Shown here piece by piece: positions 8,435 through 14,206 of a DNA stretch of 14,206 bases; position 1 is the first letter of the stretch, and every line of letters starts with the position of its first letter. The position numbers were made by a program, and so were the translations under genes. This DNA comes from a virus (Duplodnaviria > Heunggongvirae > Uroviricota > Caudoviricetes): the IMG/VR virus record IMGVR_UViG_2609459844_000009, positions 1 to 14,206 of that record; one strand, written 5' to 3'. The notes beneath the pieces are model-generated. The model ran no database searches. It worked only from the letters and a program-made list of their open reading frames with translations, and was not told the DNA's origin.

Positions 8435-8764
8435 GTGCTTGAATGGTTTCTGTTGGCTGCATTAGTCGTTTCTGGTTTGGTGTATGAGTATCGAATGCAC
8501 TCTCTAACAAAAAAAATAGGAATTCTAGAAAACGAATATTGTGCTCTCAAATCCTCACTGGAACGTGAGCAAGGGGACTTAAAAATCTCTCTGTCTAGCA
8601 TTGAGCGTTCTATAGAGAGCTTAGAGGATAAGGTTGATCGTATAAAGAATGAGGATATTCATGATATTAAGGACGACATATCCTTCTTAAAATCTTGGTT
8701 GAAAAATGTTGGGAAAATTGCCACATCAACACGAGATAAGCTCAATCCATCCATGGATGACTAA
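8435..8764 (+). CDS. Small membrane-anchored coiled-coil protein, function unknown
   Basis: GTG start 5 nt after a perfect AGGAGG SD (8424-8429); ~109 aa with N-terminal hydrophobic helix (LEWFLLAALVVSGLVY) then a charged heptad-like helical region. AT-rich. The upstream ATG at 8360 lies inside operator site 4 with no SD, so I prefer the GTG. Confidence 0.55.
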   Translation: MLEWFLLAALVVSGLVYEYRMHSLTKKIGILENEYCALKSSLEREQGDLKISLSSIERSIESLEDKVDRIKNEDIHDIKDDISFLKSWLKNVGKIATSTRDKLNPSMDD

Positions 8765-9016
8765 TTACTCCTGTGCCATTCCGCTTAGCGATGCCACAAT
8801 TCCAGCTCTTGCTAAACGCTGGAACTCTTCGTTTCCTAGTGCCTCGCGTATTGCTTTTACGGCGGCCTTATTTGCCATAAATCTGCGTTCCGCCGCCGCT
8901 AATGCACCATCACTTGCCCCAACCTTAACTGCCTTTGTTGCCTCTTGAACAGCCTTTTCAATAGCGTAACGACCGCTTCTAGTTGCGGATAATTTCGCTA
9001 TCGCTCCTTTTGCCAT
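8765..9016 (-). CDS. Ala-rich small ORF, possibly the C-terminal remnant of a larger (late/ejection-type?) gene
   Basis: 83 aa from the first ATG, but the frame stays open upstream to ~9142 with no start codon and no convincing SD, suggesting a 5'-truncated remnant. Its stop codon abuts the stop of the convergent gene at 8764. Confidence 0.3.
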   Translation of the reverse strand: MAKGAIAKLSATRSGRYAIEKAVQEATKAVKVGASDGALAAAERRFMANKAAVKAIREALGNEEFQRLARAGIVASLSGMAQE

Positions 9017-9061
9017 TGCATCAATTGCCCCACCTGCAGCGCCAACGGGCCATACGCGCCA

Positions 9062-9556
9062 GTTATTTCTATTGGGGCAGTATTCTTTGACCCGAATACC
9101 GGAGAAACAGGAGAAGAGTTCTCGGTAAATATCTCGCTTGAGTCATCAATGCGATATCGGGCGCGTCCTGACGCTTCAACGATTTTATGGTGGCTGGAAC
9201 AGAGTGAAGAAGCCAGAAAATCGCTAACCAGCAACACTCAGGAGCTTTCAACGGCTCTTTCATGGTTATCTGAATTCATCATAAAGAACGCTAACCACAA
9301 ATTCGTTCAGGTTTGGGGGAATGGAGCATCATTTGACTGCGTTATTCTCCGCAACAGTTATTCGCTGACAGGGCAGCCAGTTCCGTGGCAGTGGTGGAAT
9401 GACCGCGACGTAAGAACAATCGTCGAACTTGGGAAGGTAATAGGATTCGACCCTAAGCGAGATATGCCATTCAAAGGAACTCGCCACAACGCGCTTGATG
9501 ATGCCATTCACCAAGCCAAATACGTTTCAGCGATCTGGAAAAAGTTAGCTAAATAA
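9062..9556 (+). pseudogene. DnaQ/DEDD-like 3'-5' exonuclease (Rv2179c-like phage exoribonuclease family), 5'-truncated
   Basis: Frame is open from 8903; first ATG at 9149. Translation from ~9062 (VISIGAVFFDPNTGETGEEFSVNI ... WWLEQSEEARKSL ... VQVWGNGASFDCVILRNS ... GTRHNALDDAIHQAKYV) matches this family as I recall it, including the motif III H-x4-D. The expected N-terminal DxE motif (I.D.ET.G) is absent in all three forward frames upstream. Confidence 0.5.
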
Positions 9557-9572
9557 TCAACAGGAGAAAACC

Positions 9573-9866
9573 ATGCCAGCGCCTCTGTATGGTGCGGATG
9601 ACGCGCGCCGCTGTTCCGGCAATTCCGTATCGGAGGTGCTGGATAAATTCAGAAGAAACTACGATCGGATAATGTCGCTACCACAGGAAACGAAAGAGGA
9701 AAAGGAATTTCGCCACTGTATATGGCTTGCAGAGAAAGAAGAACGCGAGCGAATTTACCAGACATCAATCCGACCATTCCGCAAAGCCACATATACCCAC
9801 TTCCCTGAAATTGACCCGCGCCTGCGTAATTACCGCTCACGCTATGGCGCTATCAGTAATGACTGA
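9573..9866 (+). CDS. Hypothetical phage early-region protein
   Basis: 97-aa ORF with GGAGA SD 7 nt upstream of ATG; tightly packed same-strand gene array. Confidence 0.6.
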   Translation: MPAPLYGADDARRCSGNSVSEVLDKFRRNYDRIMSLPQETKEEKEFRHCIWLAEKEERERIYQTSIRPFRKATYTHFPEIDPRLRNYRSRYGAISND

Positions 9867-9876
9867 GGAATTAACA

Positions 9877-10167
9877 ATGAAAACAATGAAGCTAAACATC
9901 GACCTCGGCAAATACGTTATTACCGGAACCAAACACGACCTGATTCTTAATGAAAGAGGAATTATCAAAGAAGGTGAGAATGCAGGGAAAGAAACACTAA
10001 GCCGTATCGGTTATTACAGCAAGTTTGAGCATCTGGTCAAAGAGTTATGCAACCGTGAAATCCTGTTATCTCAGGCGCAGACGCTACAGGATATTCAGCA
10101 GCATATCGAAACTTTAGGTATGTCACTTAGCATGGCTATTGACCAGTTCGTTGAGAGTAAATCATGA
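9877..10167 (+). CDS. Hypothetical phage early-region protein
   Basis: ATG ([13 protein letters not shown]...) 6 nt after GAGGAA, immediately after the upstream stop; the longer ORF-track start at 9727 overlaps the previous gene and is less likely. Confidence 0.6.
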   Translation: MKTMKLNIDLGKYVITGTKHDLILNERGIIKEGENAGKETLSRIGYYSKFEHLVKELCNREILLSQAQTLQDIQQHIETLGMSLSMAIDQFVESKS

Positions 10168-10331
10168 GAGGACTTGCATACAATCCCGGCATTCTTCCGG
10201 CAGAAATGATTATTCGCCAACGCGTAAAGCCAATGCCATCGAGAGAGGAATTGCTTAAAAGAAAGAGTTTCGGTTCTGTTAATGACAACAAATATCTGAA
10301 TGCTATGTGGCGCAAAGGAGGCAACCAGTGA
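10164..10331 (+). CDS. Small hypothetical protein (55 aa)
   Basis: ATG overlaps the upstream stop (ATGA) and its own stop overlaps the next gene's GTG start (GTGA), suggesting translational coupling. Below the ORF-track size cutoff. Confidence 0.4.
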   Translation: MRGLAYNPGILPAEMIIRQRVKPMPSREELLKRKSFGSVNDNKYLNAMWRKGGNQ

Positions 10332-10582
10332 GTAATTCAGCACGACTACAGCTTGGTTTTTCACCGCTATCAAAAACTATCATGCTGGCAAAAATGCGCG
10401 ATGTTGAAGGTGGACGTATGCGCGTTGGCAATGATCCAGGTCGTGATGTTACCAATGAGGCTGCTCAATTGGTGTGGCGACTGGTCATGGCTGAAGGTGG
10501 TGAGATCGCGCGGGAGCTGGATGATGGTTCTCGCATGGTGTTGAAGGCAGAAAAGCAGGAGGCAACCAGTGAGCCAGATTGA
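10328..10582 (+). CDS. Hypothetical phage early-region protein
   Basis: GTG start 6 nt after AGGAGG; the same 17-nt SD-plus-start block (AGGAGGCAACCAGTGAG) recurs at the start of the next gene. Confidence 0.55.
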   Translation: MSNSARLQLGFSPLSKTIMLAKMRDVEGGRMRVGNDPGRDVTNEAAQLVWRLVMAEGGEIARELDDGSRMVLKAEKQEATSEPD

Positions 10583-11012
10583 TTATCAGGCACTGCGTGC
10601 TAAGGCAGAAAAAGCAACGTGTGGCGAGTGGTCGCTCGAATATGGAGAGGGCCGATTTGATGGTGATGATGCGCTAATTCATCGCGAGGCTGCTGGATAT
10701 ATTCCTATTTGCAGAATTGAAGGAGCGCATCCAGAAAGCGGTTTCGATGAAGATTTCCAAATGGAACAGCAGGCCAATGCTGAATTCATCGCCGCAGCCA
10801 ATCCGGCTACCGTGCTGACACTGCTGGACGAGCTGGAAGCAGCAAAAAAGCGCATTGCAGAACTGGAAGCACGGGAAATATCGCTCCCAGAACGTAGCAG
10901 CATGCTTCATCGAACAGATTTTCACGAGGATTACCAAACGGTAATGGCATACAAAGTTTCTGAGGTCATCGCTGCAATCCGCGCCGCTGGCATTCGCATC
11001 AAAGGAGAGTGA
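10569..11012 (+). CDS. Ead/Ea22-like early protein
   Basis: 147 aa; GTG start after AGGAGG. Contains the AANPATVL.LLDELEAA...RIAELE segment that I recall as characteristic of Ead/Ea22-like proteins of lambdoid and P22-like prophages. Confidence 0.55.
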   Translation: MSQIDYQALRAKAEKATCGEWSLEYGEGRFDGDDALIHREAAGYIPICRIEGAHPESGFDEDFQMEQQANAEFIAAANPATVLTLLDELEAAKKRIAELEAREISLPERSSMLHRTDFHEDYQTVMAYKVSEVIAAIRAAGIRIKGE

Positions 11013-11013
11013 G

Positions 11014-11205
11014 ATGAACGGACAAATCTCAATTGTTCGACCGGGAGCATGTGACGATCGCGAGATACGAATGATTATTCGTCTGGCGATGGGGAAAACA
11101 ATAACAGCTCTCATTACTCCAGAAAATCTCGCATTAGCTTTAACCGGAAAGTCAGACCTGCCAGTGGAGCTAAAACTGCGAAATGTTGAGATTAAGGTGA
11201 AATAG
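11014..11205 (+). CDS. Small hypothetical protein (63 aa)
   Basis: ATG 1 nt after the upstream stop; fills the gap in the same-strand operon. Confidence 0.45.
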   Translation: MNGQISIVRPGACDDREIRMIIRLAMGKTITALITPENLALALTGKSDLPVELKLRNVEIKVK

Positions 11206-11207
11206 CC

Positions 11208-11822
11208 ATGACCACTATTACCAAAGAACGTATTGAATTGTTCATTAAAGATCCGCTTGAAAACGGGCTTACTCGTGGCGAACAAATGGAACTGGCACGA
11301 ATTGCACTGGCATCACTGGAACGCGAACAGATTCGCCACGAGCATGCCAAATGGTCTGACTCCACATTTGGCTGCGTTGGCCCCATTGGTCCGCTGAAAC
11401 ATCTCTCAAAAGAGGCTCTGGAAGCCGCAGCCGAACCTGACGATCTCAGCGAGTGGGCTGATATGCAGTTCCTGTTGTGGGATGCACAGCGCCGTGCTGG
11501 TATCAGTGATGCTGAAATTACCGCTGCTATGGAAGATAAATTGAAGATCAACATGAAGCGCCAGTGGCCTGAACCAAAAGATGGTGAGCCTCGCTTGCAC
11601 ATTAAAGAACCCGGCAACTCTCCGGTAACTCCGGATGGTTGGATAAGCTGTAGTGAGCGAATGCCAAGCGAAGAAGATGTTTTGGTTTATTGCTCAGACA
11701 CAAAAGAGCAGATGGTAGGGTTTCACAAAGGTAAAGGGTTATTTCAATTCTTTTACATGAATGGTGTTGAGGGGGTATGTGAGCCGTCACACTGGATGCC
11801 GCTACCAGAGCCTCCACTTTGA
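11208..11822 (+). CDS. DUF550/DUF551-type prophage protein (MazG-like dATP/dGTP pyrophosphohydrolase-type N-terminal region, DUF551 C-terminus)
   Basis: 204 aa; the C-terminus (...CEPSHWMPLPEPPL) matches the recalled DUF551 ending (HWMPLPEPP); the N-terminal region resembles the DUF550 module often fused to it. Confidence 0.5.
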   Translation: MTTITKERIELFIKDPLENGLTRGEQMELARIALASLEREQIRHEHAKWSDSTFGCVGPIGPLKHLSKEALEAAAEPDDLSEWADMQFLLWDAQRRAGISDAEITAAMEDKLKINMKRQWPEPKDGEPRLHIKEPGNSPVTPDGWISCSERMPSEEDVLVYCSDTKEQMVGFHKGKGLFQFFYMNGVEGVCEPSHWMPLPEPPL

Positions 11823-11919
11823 AAGCGAAGCTTATACATATCTTTTACATCAGCAATCTATTGTTAATCTCCAATCAATGTTACGTTGTCATCTCACTCA
11901 TGCTTTGGAGGTAGTGATA

Positions 11920-12098
11920 TGTCTTGTCCAAAATGCGGTTCTGGAAATATTGCAAAAGAAAAAACAATGCGTGGATGGTCTGGTGATTATGTGTGCTGCG
12001 ATTGCGGATACAACGACTCTAAAGACGCATTTGGAGAGCGTGGTAAAAACGAGTTTGTTAAAATTAATAAAGAACGCGAAGGCAACGAAAAAAGCTAA
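11920..12098 (+). CDS. Small zinc-ribbon protein
   Basis: 59 aa from the ATG 7 nt after GGAGG (MSCPKCGSGNIAKEK ... CCDCGYND): two Cys pairs in C-x2-C ... C-x-C arrangement. The longer track ORF (11886) lacks an SD. Confidence 0.55.
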
Positions 12099-12163
12099 TT
12101 TATTTATTCATATATTAAAACAATGTAACCAATATTCGAATTGAAGAACTGAAAGAACACCAA

Positions 12164-12184
12164 GCCGCCTGATGGCGGTTTTTT
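12164..12184 (+). terminator. Rho-independent terminator ending the early-gene array
   Basis: GCCGCC-tgat-GGCGG followed by T6. Confidence 0.7.
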
Positions 12185-12194
12185 ATTGCCTGAT

Positions 12195-12210
12195 TTGCAG
12201 GTTCGATTCC
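12195..12210 (+). other. tRNA-Arg (argW) T-arm-derived 16-nt fragment just upstream of torI
   Basis: TTGCAGGTTCGATTCC matches the T-stem/T-loop part of E. coli argW as I recall it (...AATTGCAGGTTCGATTCCTGCAGGGGACACCA); similarity ends at 12211. Confidence 0.5.
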
Positions 12211-12229
12211 CTATTCGGAGATAGCACTC

Positions 12230-12430
12230 ATGCAACACGAACTACAACCTGATTCACTGGTTGATTTGAAATTCATCATGGCTGATACTGGCTTCGGTAA
12301 GACCTTCATCTATGACCGGATTAAGTCCGGCGACCTGCCAAAAGCCAAAGTTATCCACGGGCGAGCAAGATGGTTATATCGTGACCATTGTGAATTCAAA
12401 AATAAGCTCTTAAGCCGCGCCAATGGGTAA
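12230..12430 (+). CDS. torI: Excisionase / recombination directionality factor, TorI-like (AlpA/Xis family winged-helix)
   Basis: 66 aa (MQHELQPDSLVDLKFIMADTGFGKTFIYDRIKSGDLPKAKVIHGRARWLYRDHCEFKNKLLSRANG), recalled as matching KplE1 TorI. It sits at the opposite end of the prophage from int and next to the att remnant, as in KplE1. Confidence 0.8.
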   Translation: MQHELQPDSLVDLKFIMADTGFGKTFIYDRIKSGDLPKAKVIHGRARWLYRDHCEFKNKLLSRANG

Positions 12431-12503
12431 AATAGCGGGTAAAATATTTCTCACATCTAAAAAACACCATTCCAATCAATCCCCTGCTGCTTCAAGTAGA
12501 TGT

Positions 12504-12518
12504 CTGCAGGGGACACCA
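12504..12518 (+). other. argW 3'-terminal fragment (…CTGCAGGGGACACCA): candidate attR core / right prophage boundary
   Basis: Exact 15-nt match to the recalled 3' end of tRNA-Arg argW including the CCA end, with no upstream tRNA body; non-coding host-like DNA follows. Confidence 0.6.
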
Positions 12519-12958
12519 GATACCCTTCAAACGAAATCTACCTTCACCCCGTAAAAGATAGGTTTGGCAGCACACTTGCCTTATATCTACTCATTTTTAC
12601 TGCAACAGGTTGAAATCTCAGCACTGTCAGAAAGCGCTGATGACTAAACAGCCCTGGGCCGGGCGATGTAACCATCACACAGAATCCTGATAGCGAAATA
12701 TGGCGTGACTCGATACTTCACTCCGCAATGCATTCCTTGATGAATTCGCAGGACCGTGATACACGGGACAGGTCGCTGAATGACGACAATGTCCTGGAAA
12801 TCAGCGAACCGCGCATCTGAAGTACATTTGAGCGACTGTACCAGAACATGAATGAGGCGTTTGGATTAGGTGATTATTAGCAGGGCTAAGCACTTTAGTA
12901 TTATTATTTTCCGGTTGAGGGATAGGGAGATATCGACAACAACCGGAAAAGTTTACGT

Positions 12959-14206
12959 CTATATTGCTGAAGGTACAGGCGTTTCCATAACTATTTGCTC
13001 GCGTTTTTTACTCAAGAAGAAAATGCCAAATAGCAACATCAGGCAGACAATACCCGAAATTGCGAAGAAAACTGTCTGGTAGCCTGCGTGGTCAAAGAGT
13101 ATCCCAGTCGGCGTTGAAAGCAGCACAATCCCAAGCGAACTGGCAATTTGAAAACCAATCAGAAAGATCGTCGACGACAGGCGCTTATCAAAATTTGCCA
13201 CGCTGTATTTGAAGACGGATATGACACAAAGTGGAACCTCAATAGCATGTAACAGCTTCACTAATGAAATAATCCAGGGGTTAACGAACAGCGCGCAGGA
13301 AAGGATACGCAACGCCATAATCACAACACCGATAAGTAATGCATTTTTTGGCCCTACCCGATTCACAAAGAAAGGAATAATCGCCATGCATAGCGCTTCG
13401 AGTACCACCTGGAATGAGTTGAGATAACCATACAGGCGCGTTCCTACATCGTGTGATTCGAATAAACCTGCATAAAAGACAGGAAAAAGTTGTTGATCAA
13501 AAATGTTATAGAAAGACCACGTCCCCACAATAAATATGACGAAAACCCAGAAGTTTCGATCCTTGAAAACTGCGATAAAATCCTCTTTTTTTACCCCTCC
13601 CGCATCCGCCGCTACGCACTGGTGATCCTTATCTTTAAAACACATGTTGATCATCATAAATACAGCGCCAAATAGCGAGACCAACCAGAAGTTGATATGG
13701 GGACTGATACTAAAAAATATGCCGGCAAAGAACGCGCCAATAGCATAGCCAAAAGATCCCCAGGCGCGCGCTGTTCCATATTCGAAATGAAAATTTCGCG
13801 CCATTTTTTCGGTGAAGCTGTCAAGCAAACCGCATCCCGCCAGATACCCCAGGCCAAAAAAGAGCGCCCCCAGAATTAGACCTACAGAAAAATTGCTTTG
13901 CAGTAACGGTTCATAAACGTAAATCATAAACGGTCCGGTCAAGACCAGGATGAAACTCATACACCAGATGAGCGGTTTCTTCAGACCGAGTTTATCCTGA
14001 ACGATGCCGTAGAACATCATAAATAGAATGCTGGTAAACTGGTTGACCGAATAAAGTGTACCTAATTCCGTCCCTGTCAACCCTAGATGTCCTTTCAGCC
14101 AAATAGCGTATAACGACCACCACAGCGACCAGGAAATAAAAAAGAGAAATGAGTAACTGGATGCAAAACGATAGTACGCATTTCTGAATGGAATATTCAG
14201 TGCCAT
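12959..14206 (-). CDS. cscB: Sucrose:H+ symporter, LacY-family MFS permease (CscB)
   Basis: 415-aa ORF with 12-TM MFS architecture; N-terminus (MALNIPFRNAYYRFASSYSFLFFISWSLWWSLYAIWLKGHLGL) recalled as E. coli CscB. The csc locus is known to lie next to argW in sucrose-positive E. coli. The window ends exactly at its start codon. Confidence 0.85.
   Translation of the reverse strand: MALNIPFRNAYYRFASSYSFLFFISWSLWWSLYAIWLKGHLGLTGTELGTLYSVNQFTSILFMMFYGIVQDKLGLKKPLIWCMSFILVLTGPFMIYVYEPLLQSNFSVGLILGALFFGLGYLAGCGLLDSFTEKMARNFHFEYGTARAWGSFGYAIGAFFAGIFFSISPHINFWLVSLFGAVFMMINMCFKDKDHQCVAADAGGVKKEDFIAVFKDRNFWVFVIFIVGTWSFYNIFDQQLFPVFYAGLFESHDVGTRLYGYLNSFQVVLEALCMAIIPFFVNRVGPKNALLIGVVIMALRILSCALFVNPWIISLVKLLHAIEVPLCVISVFKYSVANFDKRLSSTIFLIGFQIASSLGIVLLSTPTGILFDHAGYQTVFFAISGIVCLMLLFGIFFLSKKREQIVMETPVPSAI

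Noticed and set aside
8706-9263. ORFs 8706-8948 (+), 8998-9237 (-) and 9069-9263 (-)
   Set aside because: They overlap each other and the exonuclease/Ala-rich remnants in alternative frames, with no SD; most likely artefacts of the junction region.
10674-11285. 203-aa minus-strand ORF (and 74-aa ORF at 10679-10903) antisense to the Ead/Ea22-like and neighbouring genes
   Set aside because: Lies entirely opposite a tightly packed same-strand operon with good SD sequences; no SD or promoter of its own; composition is typical of an antisense frame in GC-rich coding DNA.
11192-11617. 141-aa minus-strand ORF (plus 11406-11600 and 11602-11817) antisense to the DUF550/DUF551 gene
   Set aside because: Same reasoning: antisense to a gene with a recognisable conserved C-terminus; Ser/Ala/Arg-rich low-complexity translation.
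13209-13879. Short plus-strand ORFs inside cscB (13209-13427, 13490-13675, 13697-13879) and minus ORF 13654-13857
   Set aside because: Embedded in or antisense to a full-length 12-TM permease gene; no independent signals.
1-14206. CRISPR arrays, rRNA/tRNA genes, IS elements
   Set aside because: No regularly spaced direct repeats, no intact tRNA cloverleaf (only argW 3' fragments), no transposase-like ORF or terminal inverted repeats seen.

Overview
The window appears to hold one compact (~12.5 kb) defective prophage of the P22-like / KplE1 (CPS-53) family at the tRNA-Arg argW locus, followed by host DNA ending in the sucrose permease gene cscB. Left to right: an IntS-type integrase (1-1155); a low-GC OafA/Oac-like O-antigen acyltransferase (1245-3080) convergent with a P22 gp9-like tailspike (3113-5347, minus); a P22-type immI module (ant, an extra small membrane-protein gene, arc, operator region, mnt; 5526-7273); an AT-rich two-gene module of unknown function with a four-fold palindromic operator array (7287-8764); an apparent deletion junction with two gene remnants (8765-9556); a run of small early-region genes (9573-12098); a TorI-type excisionase (12230-12430) flanked by two argW-derived fragments; and cscB (12959-14206, minus). 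No capsid, portal, terminase, lysis, replication or immC genes are present, so the element looks like a domesticated remnant. The best candidate for an undescribed system is the 7287-8764 module, which sits where P22 carries sieA; the arc-coupled membrane protein and a G9 tract in the tailspike are also worth follow-up. All homology calls are from reading the translations and recalling known proteins; no database search was run.
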